This document shows, piece by piece, positions 19,935-32,300 of a stretch of 64,000 bases of DNA. Where the stretch lies: positions 54,733 through 118,732 of the IMG/VR virus record IMGVR_UViG_3300029288_000078; one strand, written 5' to 3'. Made by a program: the position numbers and the translations under genes. The stretch's first letter is position 1. Each line of letters starts with the position of its first letter. Under the pieces are notes generated by a model. That model was not told the DNA's origin. It searched no databases and saw only the letters and a program-made list of their open reading frames with translations. The stretch comes from a virus. Its lineage: Duplodnaviria > Heunggongvirae > Uroviricota > Caudoviricetes.

Positions 19935-22900
19935 TTAGAAGTAGAAGCTTGCTTTTGAGGCTGCTGCTGCTGTAAAACCTGTTAATAATGTTCTGAAGCT
20001 TGAGCCGGAAATTAAAGTGAAAGTACTAGCGCTGGAGCCGATACCATTAGCAACTAAGTTCATTCTTATGGCGTAAACACGAACTGCTTGATCGACTGTG
20101 GTTGCGGCATTTAAGTCTGGACATTCAAGTGCTATTTCAGTTCTGCCTGTGGTTTCTGCTGCGGTAAAGATGACGTGAACGCTATGGTAAACAACAGTAG
20201 TAGGTTTATTAAGTATTAAAGTACTTCGGCTGCCTGTAGTAAAATCTTTGGTTGCGGTAACTAAAGCTAAATCGGTTAAAGAACCAGAAGCTTTAACGAC
20301 TATATTGCCGCCATCGAAACTAAGTATTTGTGTATCATTGCTTGAACCTCCACCCCCACTACCAGTAAGGGTAACAGAAGTAGAGTCACTGGAAATTGCA
20401 ATACCGCTGCCAGCAACTTTTAGGGTTTTAAATTGTAAATCAACACCGACTTTAGAAGAGAAGATTCCTGTTCCTGTGCCGATATTGGAGGCTGTGTTAA
20501 CTTCGCCAGAACCGCCACCAGTAGCATTAATAGTAATACTGGTTGAGTTGTTGCTTATCGTGACGTTGGTACCAGCTACGAGGGATTTAAATTCTAAGTA
20601 GCCTGTACTTGCATTTTTTTGTGCAAACACTCCATTGCCCGAACCTAAGTTTGTGCCTGAAGCTGCCCACGAATAAGTAATGGAATCAGTATCGGAGGTT
20701 ATTGCTAATCCAGAAGTAGTTAAAGCTTTAAGGGATTTGAATTGTAAATCAACGCCTACTTTTTGTGCATAAACGCCTGTACCTGTACCAACATTAGAGG
20801 CTGTATTGATTTCACCAGATCCTCCTCCACCCGTAGCGTTTATCGTAATAGCTGTAGATGTATTGGTAATGGTTACATTGGTACCAGCGATTAAAGATTT
20901 AAATTCAAAATTTCCGGTAGTGCCGTTTTTCTGTGCAAATACTCCGGTGCCTGCTCCTAAGTTTGTACCTGTTGCAGCTAATGCGTATGTAATGGTATTG
21001 GCATCTGAAGTAATAGATAAGCCAGAAACAGTATTGGCGACTAAAGACTTAAAGCGTAAATCGACACCAAGTTTACTTGCAAATACTCCTGCGCCAGCTC
21101 CTAGATTAGAAGCTGTATTAATTTCTCCACTACCACTGCCCCCTGTAGCATTAATAGTAATGGCATTAGAATCACTACTTAAAGTGACATTAGTACCAGC
21201 AATTATCTTTTTGAATTGAAGATCAACACCAAGTTTTTGATAAAAAAGTCCTTCTCCTACAGAGCCTCGATTGGATGCAGTATTGGCTTCTCCTGCTCCA
21301 CTGCCTGTAGTTGAAATAAGAATGTCATTTGCTTCTTGAGAGAGAGTAATGCCTAATCCAGCTTTAAGTCGATAAAACTGTAAGTCAACACCGGATTTAT
21401 AGGCAAACATTCCAAGGCCATCAATGCCCGTACCTAAGTTTGATGCGGTATTAACTTCTCCTGCTCCACCTCCGCCTGATCCACCAGTGCGTTCGTCTCT
21501 AATTCGTACCTTCCACCCTGCTTTAAGAGGATAAGAAAACTCTAATTCATGATCAGATATCTTTCTAAAGCATTCATTAAGTCCACCTGTTTGATCTTGA
21601 GTTTGAGGAATATCATTTACCCAAACTTGCAAATCAACATTAGAAACCGTGGCTATCCATGGTTGTACTTCTGCACCTGAATACGTATTGCCAACGGTTA
21701 ATATATTTGCATTAACTATTGTGGTATCAGAACCTAATACGATGATTTCTTCTTTAGCTATATCAGTAATAATATTATAAAGAGAATTGTCTAGTTTGCT
21801 TAAGGCTTCAGGGTACGTGTCGCCGGCAGCAATGATATGGGTTGAGGAATAAGCTTCATAGTTGGTTTCCGATAAAATACCAAGTCGAGTTCTAATGGCT
21901 AAAGGCAAATCCCAACCAACAGTGCCGGTTTCGCCGGATGTTAAATCAGGAGCATCACCTAAACCTGTAATTACTCCACCTCTGCGGTGCCATAAAACGA
22001 AAATCCTATCAGAGTAGCCAGAATCGCTTGGATTGATTGGCACGTTTCCAATAGGGCAATTTACTATGGTTAAAGTTGCGTTGGATTCGGCTTCTGGAAT
22101 ATCAACATAAAGACATTCGCCATCATTAATAGGCACTGAGCCAGCATTAATTGTATACAGTGCTGTTCTGCCTGCAACTTCAATAACAAGCGGCGCAGTC
22201 CATTCTAACGTGTTATTGCCAGTCACAGATTCAAACGTTACTTGGCCACCACCTGTTAGAAAAGTGTTTTGATATTCTCGCAGGAGTTTAATTTTACTCC
22301 ATGCTTTGTCTAAGTGTTCCCAACTGCGGCTTCTCCACATGGGGCCGTAATCGCGTAGGTAAATAAAATCACTATTACGTCTGGCTATCCAATAGTAATC
22401 AGTTGTGGGAGCGTTTGTGGTTGATGATAAAACTTGTATATCGCTGGCAGAGTAACGTGATCTAAAAAAGCGTAGTGGTTCAGTAGAGGGAGTGTCGATT
22501 ACTTTTGCTAACTTAAGAGCTACAACAGAGTTATCGGCAACAACACCTTCAATTTGAGAAACTGACGCCGTGGCATTAGCTAACTCAACAACTCTATAAT
22601 ACTGAGAATATCCTTGACTCTCTTTTCTGATGTAATCGCCAACTGCAATACCAGCAAAATCTGCGGTTACACCCGATACTACTTTTTCCCAGTTAGTGAC
22701 AAAATCTGAATATGTTGTGGCTGGTGTGATGGATTTCCAGATAACACTATTACCAGCGTTCTTAGTTACTTCTCGTTCCAATACTAAATAAGCGTTAGCT
22801 CCATTTGGAATAGCAACATTAAATTGCACATCGCTATATTCTCGGTACGAGCTTGTTTGGAATGTGTTGCCAAGTTGCCATTCGATATCAGTGTAATTAG

Positions 22901-23834
22901 CCCTCCAACTTGCGCTGGCAGTACCGATATTACTTAGATTAGTGCCAGACCAAGAGTATATAAAATCTGGTTTAGGTTGTAAGGTATGACCAATGCTATC
23001 GAAATAAATTCCTGATAAGCTTAACCCACCAACATAGGCTTGTACACCGCTGCTTGAATACCAAACAGATGAACCAGAAATTTCAGCAATACGAGTACAA
23101 AGAGCATCGAACATCTCTTTGAAAGATCGAATGCCTTTATCGTTGATTATGCCTGTATTATCTCTGGATTTAAAAGAAGAGGTTGATTCATTTGAGGTAC
23201 CTGTACCTGTAGTAAGTGGCTCTCCTCGATTAGGACTCCACGGAAACTTATAGCCAGGGTTTGGACTAGCGCCACCTGAACCTAATCTAAACATTAATGG
23301 TCGAGCGTCAGAGAGTGTGGTTACATCAGAGTTAGAAGTTGCACATACGGTAATAGGTATGGCATCGGTTGAGAAGCCTACAGTATTAACCGATAGCTCC
23401 ATTTGTATTATGTTCTGAGAGTTTTGGGTTGCTGTAAATTCTGCGCCTTCAGTATTGCCACTAACAGATAAAGGGTCCCAATAGCTGGCAGAAACAGGAG
23501 CTTGGGTAAGGTTTTGAAATTTAGCTTCCAAGTAAACAAAAGGCTGACTAGGAGGCAATTCTATTTGCTGATCTACTGCGTCAGGTGCGCCTAAGTAGAA
23601 TGAACCGTTTGTATCTAAGGGATTAAATACAAAACAATCAGCAATAGAAACAGTTACGAACAATCCTGATTTGCCAGTAATTTCAAAACCACGGGCGATA
23701 TAAGGATTAGAAGAACCAACAAAAGCTTCTATCAATGCACGGAAATCGTAAGCTGTATAGCTCTCCATTCCAAGCATTTGAGGTAGATCTAATCGTTGTT
23801 GGGATGTTATATGAACTCTAGCAAGTACCGCCAT
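19935..23834 (-). CDS. Long tail fibre proximal / fibre-anchoring protein with 7 repeats
   Basis: Probable start MAVLARV at 23834 (SD AGGTGG); seven about-50-aa repeats N(L/V/I/R)G.G.G.(F/Y)..K.G.DL.FK.L. Confidence 0.65.
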   Translation of the reverse strand: MAVLARVHITSQQRLDLPQMLGMESYTAYDFRALIEAFVGSSNPYIARGFEITGKSGLFVTVSIADCFVFNPLDTNGSFYLGAPDAVDQQIELPPSQPFVYLEAKFQNLTQAPVSASYWDPLSVSGNTEGAEFTATQNSQNIIQMELSVNTVGFSTDAIPITVCATSNSDVTTLSDARPLMFRLGSGGASPNPGYKFPWSPNRGEPLTTGTGTSNESTSSFKSRDNTGIINDKGIRSFKEMFDALCTRIAEISGSSVWYSSSGVQAYVGGLSLSGIYFDSIGHTLQPKPDFIYSWSGTNLSNIGTASASWRANYTDIEWQLGNTFQTSSYREYSDVQFNVAIPNGANAYLVLEREVTKNAGNSVIWKSITPATTYSDFVTNWEKVVSGVTADFAGIAVGDYIRKESQGYSQYYRVVELANATASVSQIEGVVADNSVVALKLAKVIDTPSTEPLRFFRSRYSASDIQVLSSTTNAPTTDYYWIARRNSDFIYLRDYGPMWRSRSWEHLDKAWSKIKLLREYQNTFLTGGGQVTFESVTGNNTLEWTAPLVIEVAGRTALYTINAGSVPINDGECLYVDIPEAESNATLTIVNCPIGNVPINPSDSGYSDRIFVLWHRRGGVITGLGDAPDLTSGETGTVGWDLPLAIRTRLGILSETNYEAYSSTHIIAAGDTYPEALSKLDNSLYNIITDIAKEEIIVLGSDTTIVNANILTVGNTYSGAEVQPWIATVSNVDLQVWVNDIPQTQDQTGGLNECFRKISDHELEFSYPLKAGWKVRIRDERTGGSGGGGAGEVNTASNLGTGIDGLGMFAYKSGVDLQFYRLKAGLGITLSQEANDILISTTGSGAGEANTASNRGSVGEGLFYQKLGVDLQFKKIIAGTNVTLSSDSNAITINATGGSGSGEINTASNLGAGAGVFASKLGVDLRFKSLVANTVSGLSITSDANTITYALAATGTNLGAGTGVFAQKNGTTGNFEFKSLIAGTNVTITNTSTAITINATGGGGSGEINTASNVGTGTGVYAQKVGVDLQFKSLKALTTSGLAITSDTDSITYSWAASGTNLGSGNGVFAQKNASTGYLEFKSLVAGTNVTISNNSTSITINATGGGSGEVNTASNIGTGTGIFSSKVGVDLQFKTLKVAGSGIAISSDSTSVTLTGSGGGGSSNDTQILSFDGGNIVVKASGSLTDLALVTATKDFTTGSRSTLILNKPTTVVYHSVHVIFTAAETTGRTEIALECPDLNAATTVDQAVRVYAIRMNLVANGIGSSASTFTLISGSSFRTLLTGFTAAAASKASFYF
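20346..21470 (-). repeat. Seven tandem fibre-shaft repeats
   Basis: GE(I/V/A)NTASN... and AA(T/S)GTNLG... units visible in translation; boundaries approximate. Confidence 0.8.
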
Positions 23835-23908
23835 GTTAATTCCACCTAAGTTTAATTTATTGGACTTATACAATGATAGTACAACTAGTACCTTAAACAG
23901 TTATTTTA

Positions 23909-26368
23909 TCAGGCATACGGGAACAGAGATGAATCAACGTATTTTAATGGTGGGTAATTTACTTCAGTGTTCACAAATACACCGGCTGCTACAATTTGCC
24001 GAACCAACGTAAAGAAGAAATCACGTGCTGCTGTAGTTCCTGTTATGTATAAAGGTCGTTCTCTGCCATCTATGTGTAATGCAGGTGCAACTAAACTTCT
24101 TACTATTTGTACTTGCGCTCCTACTAAATGTTCTTTTTGAAAAACATAACTCGGATCTAAAATAATCTGGCCAGTTGCTACATTAATAAATCCAATAGGC
24201 CCTTCTTGTGAATCAGTGCCGTAATCAAAAATCACATTACCAGATAGAGGAAATGCACTGGTACTGGCAACGTTTACAGAAAGTAAGTTATCACCTTTTG
24301 TTACGTGAGTTTGTAATGATGAAATGATATTCCCGACAACAAATCTAGTAATAGTGCCTTGCGTATCGTAAACATAAGGGCCAGTATATCCAGAATTACT
24401 AGACGTACTGGTTTCTTGAAACGTACAAATCATATTAGACAAAACTCTTAAATTATTAACAGAAGTTTTATCCATGAATTGCGTGCCTAGAGAACCTCCA
24501 AACCATCCTGATCGCTTACCACTCACGGTGTTAAGCACTTTCCCATTGGTACCTGTGCCTACTCCAGAAAGAAAATAAACTCGTAAGTCATCTTGCATAA
24601 CTACTGCACATTTCTTACTAGACAAAGCACTACCTATCGACTCTTTACCAACGATTAAATTGCCGGCATCAAAAGAAATCGTAAAAGTCATGTTGTCTTC
24701 AAAGCCAGCAGCAGTTTTCGAAATAGTATCAGGAAACAATAAATAGAAATCATATTCTTGTTGGTACGCAGGAGTAGCCTGATATACGTCGGGATCGCCT
24801 GCCCAATCAATACCTGTAAAATTTGTCTTGCCATAACCTAATTCAAAAACAACTTCGTAATCGTTTAATACTTTTTTGCAATATTGTTCTTTGTTAATTA
24901 AAGCTGAGTTTAATATGCCAGTAGTATCTACATCGGCAATAGTAAACCCCCACCCATGCAATAAGCCGTGTCTATAACCAAAACTTGCCTTTAGTTCAGC
25001 ACTTTGAATTTCGCCATAAATAGGATTGGTTTTATTAAAAGAAGTTATGACTGTGTAGGGAAGAACTGAAATATTATCAGAAGAAACGTCAACTGTGAAT
25101 AAAGCGTTAAGGCCAACTTCACTTGCTCCAATGGTGTGGTAATAAAGTTTTTTGTAATCTGGTCTAACCCTATCTGTACCTAACACGAATTGATTATCAG
25201 CTTTAGGTAAACTCTCCATGGTTTTGCGCTTTAATAAAATACTATCTCTAGTAAAATCCATAACAGGAGCTTGCCAACCATGTAGAAATGCTCCTCCTTT
25301 AAGTTTGCGCTTTACTACCGATGGTACGGCTGACACAAACAATGAATATTCAGATTCCGATGCTTCGTTGGAAATACAATATTCTTTATTTTGAATAATA
25401 GTTGAGCGTTTGTCTTGTGTAAAAACTATGGTGTTATTAGCAGGCTCAACTAAAGATGCAGAGCCGATTTGAAAGCGTTCGTTGCGAATAATAAAGTAAT
25501 CGTAACCAACTTCTTCAACTGTATAGGTACCATTAAATACATCAAACGGTGCGGCAAGTCCTCTAAACGTTACAAAGTCGCCTACATTAACTAAATATAC
25601 TTTTGGGTTTACACCTGTACCATCCCAAGTGAATTTAGTTATATCAGTCCACAATACAGAATTTTTCTTTTCTACATTCCAAACAGTGCCAGCAGTATTT
25701 AAGGTGTTCGCAATGGAAGGAAACTTAAGAGAGTTTTGTGCAGTGCCGCCGATGATCTGGATGAACGCCCCGCCACCATAAGTTTTACTAGTTAAGCGTA
25801 CATAGGTTTTAGAGTTTTCACGTTCGAACGAGGTATCAGCAAATACATCTGATTGAGCTGCATTAATAATTCCAGCATATTCGGTAGCCTTAACATTGTT
25901 TAAATCAGAAACTTGACCAGCATAAATACCAATCGACAAATCGCCTTTATCTGTTCTAATCTTTAATACGTCTTTGTCTTGAAAGCTAAAGGGTTCACTA
26001 AGGGTAGAGATAAACGATGGAGAGACTAATGACTTGTCATAAAAAATACTCATCAAACGAATAATGGTATTAGAAATTTGCTTGGGATAAGAAACTACGG
26101 CAGGCACAATTTCACGAAAAGCATCTACCCCTAGTCCTGATTGCTGAGGTACGGTAAATCCTTCTTGAGCGCCTAATCGGATTAAATATTTACCAGAAGC
26201 TGTTGTTAGAAATAATTGTCTAAACGCTTCTAAAGTTAGGTTTTCAAAGTTTTGGCTCTCATTGTCGATTGCCTTGTAAATAGCTGGCAATAACATTTTT
26301 TTGCCAGTCTCAACGTCTATATCTGGAATTTTAAAATGACGTGGTACAAAATCTAATATCTTTGTCAC
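23909..26368 (-). CDS. Baseplate wedge protein (P2 gpI / T4 gp7-like N-terminus)
   Basis: N-terminal QLFLTTASGKYLIRLGAQEG matches tail protein I motif; directly downstream of baseplate J. Confidence 0.65.
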   Translation of the reverse strand: MTKILDFVPRHFKIPDIDVETGKKMLLPAIYKAIDNESQNFENLTLEAFRQLFLTTASGKYLIRLGAQEGFTVPQQSGLGVDAFREIVPAVVSYPKQISNTIIRLMSIFYDKSLVSPSFISTLSEPFSFQDKDVLKIRTDKGDLSIGIYAGQVSDLNNVKATEYAGIINAAQSDVFADTSFERENSKTYVRLTSKTYGGGAFIQIIGGTAQNSLKFPSIANTLNTAGTVWNVEKKNSVLWTDITKFTWDGTGVNPKVYLVNVGDFVTFRGLAAPFDVFNGTYTVEEVGYDYFIIRNERFQIGSASLVEPANNTIVFTQDKRSTIIQNKEYCISNEASESEYSLFVSAVPSVVKRKLKGGAFLHGWQAPVMDFTRDSILLKRKTMESLPKADNQFVLGTDRVRPDYKKLYYHTIGASEVGLNALFTVDVSSDNISVLPYTVITSFNKTNPIYGEIQSAELKASFGYRHGLLHGWGFTIADVDTTGILNSALINKEQYCKKVLNDYEVVFELGYGKTNFTGIDWAGDPDVYQATPAYQQEYDFYLLFPDTISKTAAGFEDNMTFTISFDAGNLIVGKESIGSALSSKKCAVVMQDDLRVYFLSGVGTGTNGKVLNTVSGKRSGWFGGSLGTQFMDKTSVNNLRVLSNMICTFQETSTSSNSGYTGPYVYDTQGTITRFVVGNIISSLQTHVTKGDNLLSVNVASTSAFPLSGNVIFDYGTDSQEGPIGFINVATGQIILDPSYVFQKEHLVGAQVQIVRSLVAPALHIDGRERPLYITGTTAARDFFFTLVRQIVAAGVFVNTEVNYPPLKYVDSSLFPYA

Positions 26369-26380
26369 AATATCGCCCTC

Positions 26381-29300
26381 TTAGCTCACAATAATGTCAT
26401 TTTCGGTGTCAAACACAATGGCTTTTTCAACATCACCAACAACAATACGATCGCCTTGACTTGTAGGTTTGGTATCAATAATAGTTACCGAAAACACACC
26501 GGGTAAGCTTTGTACTGCTCGAATGATTTCACTTAATATTACTGGTTTGCCTACCGATAGTTTATTAATATATCCAGCTACGGTAGCTCTTACTGTTTCG
26601 GCAATAATAGAACTATCCACACCATCTTTTGGTTTAATTTGTAATCGAACAACAATGGATTTAACCAATGGAGTTAATATTTCGATACTAGTACCGGCTG
26701 CACGAACGCCTGGGTAAAGCGCTACGTTACTAGGGTTGCCATCGACTACTTTGTGGGATTCTCTTAGTAAGCCAGAAAAAGTTAAATATGAATCAATACC
26801 GCGCACTACGTTTTCACTAGCTCCAAGTTTAAACAGACAAGATATTTTAGAACCCAATGCACTGGTCATGGTGAGAGAGTTGGCTTCGGGTAATAAATAT
26901 AAGTTAGCTTTGGTTTTATCTATTGGATCTATGGTTCTGCCTGCAACATATCTATAACCATAATCTGCGTTTGCTTTTTGGAAGGTAACAGCAGAAGCAT
27001 TGGCTCCAAGAATAAACGGAGCACCACCATTAACATCCGTACTGGCAGGCGCACTAGCTAAAATAAAATCAACAGTAGGACATAACAGAGTTGTATCAAA
27101 TGTAGATAAGGGGTTGTCATGATCGGCTGCACTTGCTAAACCAGTCGATGCTATTACAAAATTACCAATCAAACTAATAGGCACCCAAGAAACCGAACCG
27201 CCTGTAGCATTAGATGAAGTAATACGAATTGAATCACCTGTAAATATATTTTCCGCTGCCATTACTCGTAACGGTCTATCACCAACAAAAGGGCCTACTA
27301 ACCAATCTGATGTTCCTCCATTTAAGGTGGACACTGTTTCATTTTCAGCGTTTGGATTGTAAATGATTATCTGATTCCTACCGTTATGCGCAACGATTTT
27401 AAATGTACCTCTATTACCTAGAGCGAACTCATTGTTGCAGACTAACCAATCATCAGTATTTACTTGCATCTCTGAAAGTTTTAAAGTGTCTGTGTTTTCA
27501 GCAGCCGAGTTGGAAGCCCAAATGCTAACAAAATTACCAGCTAATTTCCTAACCAAAACTTTAATATTTCCACTGTTATACGACAAATCATACATGGAAC
27601 CTTCTTTGCGATTGCTCCTAATGTTCTTTTCGTTATACACAGCAGAGAGAAACACCATCATTTTGCGATGAACTGGGAATAAATTAGGACTTAATATAAT
27701 GGAAATAGAGCCACCGTTATTAATTATTTCTTGTTTGATACTTGGCGAAATAACAATAACTTCTCTTGAATTGTTTACTTGTACAACAGGGTAGCCCATA
27801 TATTCTTGAGAGTTAGTGTAGCCAACCGAAGGTGTTTTACAGGTAATCAAAGGAAAGGCTGCAAAAGGTAATTCTGTTTTCGAGATTGTTAAGATTGCAG
27901 TTTTCGTTTCTGTTCCTGTAGTGGCGTTACTTACTTCGATGTAATCATAGCCGTTATAAATACCACTTGAGTAAACACCTACATTAGTAACAGCGAAGGT
28001 GCCATTAAACCCAGAAGTAGTAAACCCAGAGATAGTGATGTTCAACCCTATCCACAAATCACTTTTTACCCCAGCGCCTAAAGCGTAGCGTACTGTGCTC
28101 CCCCCTACCTGTTCTGCATAGGCAAGAGCTTTTTTAATATCACCAAAAATCATTAACATATCACCAACACGAGCTGATAAGTCAGAAGTATTGGTTGTTA
28201 TTTTAACTAAATCATCTGCTACAGAACTAAACGTTACTGTAATTGAGCCTGCATTATCCATGGGTTCGGTTTGGAAAGTACCCATGCCGTTGCGATAAAA
28301 AGCAAATCTACCTTGGCTGGCACCTTGTTTAGAATAACGAACGAACTGTAAGCTGCGGAAATAAGTAACAATATCACTAATGTTCGCAGAGGTAATGCTA
28401 GAGCCTGTTGGTAACAATCTGTATGGTCGTAAAACAGGAGACACTAAAGAGTTTTCTACCTTGACCATTGCGCCTTGAGGAACGAACGTAGCACTGGCAG
28501 CGTCTACAGTTACTTTGCTTGCTCCTAATAAACCAGAATTAGCCTGATAAGGATCGTACACTGCGCTGGCATTTGCATTAATAAACATTTCAGCTTTATT
28601 TGCAGTTACTCCTTTCACTTTAACGGCACCACTAAACCCAACCAATAAAGATGAGATTTGTACTTTTTGGCTAGAGTCAACATCTTCAACATGTGCTTGG
28701 GCTGATAATGAGGAAATAGACGAGAACGCCATCCAACGAGCTAAGGTATTGCCATTGGAAGGAACTATATAAACTTCTTCATTCACTGGAGAATATAACT
28801 GAGTTGAGCCGTCTGTGGACTCGGTTTTAGTTGGGAATATAGAATCAGGAGTAGAAACCAAAGCAGTAATATAACCACCACTGGCATTGTAATCATAGAT
28901 AGCTGCACTGCCAGAATATTTACAAGCAAATGCATGGTAGTCGTATGCAGTTTCGATGTCGGATAGGTTTTCCATTTGAGCATTATAAGCTTTTGGATGC
29001 GAACTATAAGTAGCTTGAGTAACAATGAAGGCTGCGTTGCCAACTACTTCTGCTGTGGCTAACGTACCATAAGTATTAAGCTTAGATACAATATTGGTAA
29101 TTGTATTCTTGCTTGCATTTAACGGATAAGAACTTAAATTATATTGAGATGCCTGTAGTGATATAAGTCTTAAAAACGATTCGCTACCGCTTTGTGATGC
29201 TCCATAGCCTGACGCTAAATAAGTAAAGGAGTTGGCTAGTATTCCAGAAGCGGTTACCAGAGTTGGCGATACACCGTTTTGTAAATCAGTTTGGCTCATG

Positions 29301-32300
29301 CCTCCAATAGAGCCAGCTACGGTTATATAAAATTGCTCGCTGGTTTGAATGCGGTGATCAACTAAAGTAGCGGTAACAATATTAGAGCCGGGAGGAGGAA
29401 GCTGAGGCACTGCTAACACACAACTCTTTGCAGTACGCCTTACAGGAGCCGTGGCAGACCACGCAGGTGCTACTGACGCGGCTATAAACGTAAACGTACT
29501 TGATGAGGTTGTGGTAATAACAGTGCTGGCTAATGTTAAATCAGCAAAAGGTATGCCACCAATATTAGATAAAGCCGAAGTGTTAACTATAGCTCCACTG
29601 TCCAAGTAAGGTATAGAGTAAGTCATGGTAACTAATGCTGTGTTATCACCTGTGGTAGCAGAAGCGGTGTAAGGCCCATATGCTGCGGTAATGCTTCCAC
29701 TGGATAACGGAGTGCCTGCCTCTGTAACTGAGATTGTATAAGACAGAGTGAGTGAATCAATAACGGTAATTACAAAAGTGCCGACAAAATCAGCATTGTT
29801 TAAACTCGATCCTATTGGTTTAGAGGCACTAGAAAAGGTCAGTGTAGCTCCGTTTAAGTACTTGTGAGGAGCTGGATAGTTTACAACAACAATATTTGAA
29901 CCTGTCGATGTATCAATAGTTAAGGCAGTATTTAATCTACTGAAATCTATTGAACCGACATTGCTTGGTGCCACTGCTGTTGCTGTATATTTATATTGAT
30001 TTGCACTTACATAGCTAACAATTGCATTAGTAAGATTAATATCAGAGGCAAGTAGTCCACCAATCGAAGTGCCGGCAAAGCTTATATCAATGCCTTCTCC
30101 ACCAACGAAAGGATGACCAACTTGAGTGACTACAACTTCTGCTGAGCTTGGCGTAGTAGTTAAAGTGCGATTGTAATATGGGAATGACACTGTGCCAGAA
30201 CCCGTAGGAGGTGGATTGGCAGTGTTTAAAGCTGTGTATGAAAATGTATCGGCACTAAGCCATACAACAGTTGCATTACTTACTGACAAATCACCCGCAG
30301 AAATACCATCAATCCCTACCGGCGCTGTAATGTTTACTTTATCGCCGCTTAATAAGCCATGTGCTGTTTTATTAACAACAATGACATCTGAACTAGAAGT
30401 CGTATAGGCAGTACACCCTGTAATGGTTACGGTTTTATATCGCATAAGCCCTGGTGCGTTACATGTAACAGTAGTGGGCGTTGTGCTGGTAATTAAATAA
30501 GAGCCAGAGAGGGGATGATTGCCGGCTAACTTAACAACATCGCCAGTAGTGTATTTTGTAGGATCTAACGAGCTACCACTAAACGTAATATCAACAGTGC
30601 CAGCATTAGGAACTACACTAACATCTAAGGTGCCAATAGTTAAAAGAGAGCCAGACACTAGAGAACCAGAAGCCAGTTCAGCAATGAGTGTAGTCTCAGG
30701 AACTAAATTAACAAATGCAGATCGGTGCGAAACAAGTACGTCAGACTTATCAGGCGCACTAGGATAACGAATCATCAGTTTTAAGCGATTAGCAGCTTCT
30801 ACTTCTATTGATCTTAAAACTATCGCCGTTGCAAAGGTATCGTATTTATAAACACCAACTGATTTAGTCAGTATTCTAAAATCATTTAAGTTGAAGTCTT
30901 TAAATGTCGAATAAACATCGAAGAACTGTTTGTTAGCATCATCAGGATCTTTAAGAGTGAATTGCATTGAATATGCCTCCCCTCCTCCTGTGATATCCGA
31001 ACAAGTATCGATAACAGCTCTTTTGTGCATGGGAATAATAATGGTTTTTTCAATTGAATTTAAATCCATTTCCACTACTAATTTATCGTCTTTAGTAATA
31101 GGCAAATCTCTTAATCTTAATGATATGTTTCTATAATTTTGAACTACTCCGGCATCAACTGCGGTATCAAAAGGCAGAGCTGGTCTAATAACATCAACCC
31201 CTCGCATGAACCCAGCAAACGGAGCTGCATTCGAAGTGTTATAAACGCGCCCTGTGTAATTAGCTAATCGACCTGTTTGGATTGCAGCTTGATACCCGTG
31301 TGGATAGGCACTTACTACAGTAGCTTCTTGAATGGTTGGATTAGTTAGGGTATCAATAACGTCTATGTAATCACTTTCAATTGCTAAATATCCTCTAGTT
31401 CCATACCCATCCGCAGGAATAGTACGATTATTAATGCTTTTAATAACTGTAAACCCACCGTCTATTTTGTCTGTTTGTAAAGCCGCTACGTGAGGTTGTA
31501 CACTTGAGGCATTGCCGGCATCTAATATAGTGCTGGCATTACCAATGGTGCCAAATAAACTGATAGAACCTGTTGTGGCATAAGAGTTAGTTCTAATAAC
31601 AAACGCCTCTGCTGATATCTTTTCTGCCTTGCCGGCGTGGATTTGAGCGTTAATAGTATCGACAACTTGATCTACAGTCACCGAACTTAAAGAGCCAAAG
31701 TCTACTATTTGAGGAATAACACTAGAGGAAAATACAAACAAACTACCGCCAATAAGATCGTGTGTGCCTGTAAAATTTGAATATTGTGTTGCATCAACTT
31801 CTATTTCAATCCACTCTGTTGTTGGCGATATTTGCTTAATTAAATACAAGCCACCAATGGAAGTATGCCAACCAGAGCCGGTATAATTTACCAAGTATAT
31901 CCAATCGCCTGCTACCGCATTTATAAAAATACGACTATCTGCTATGACTCCATCTAACGCTTCAAGTCTGATTATTTTCGATGAAGCTGGCGTAACCGAA
32001 GGAGTAGTTACTTTTAATTTAGAAGAAACTCCAATGGTAATAGATTTAGTCTCTGCAATAGGATCATCAAAGCCTAAGATTAGTTTAGAGTTGCCGAATA
32101 TGTTTGGAGGTATGGAGTACAACCCCCCTACCGTTGTTTTACTTCTAATTTTGGCACGAGTAGAAAGCGAACCAACTTCAATAATGGAACCAGTTGCAGG
32201 CTTAGTGGTTAATCTAATTTCACCCGTAAACCGATTAAATTGAAAATCTTTAGTTGCACCTGTACTGGTTTCGGTTGCTGCCCACATTTTCGAAGAACCA

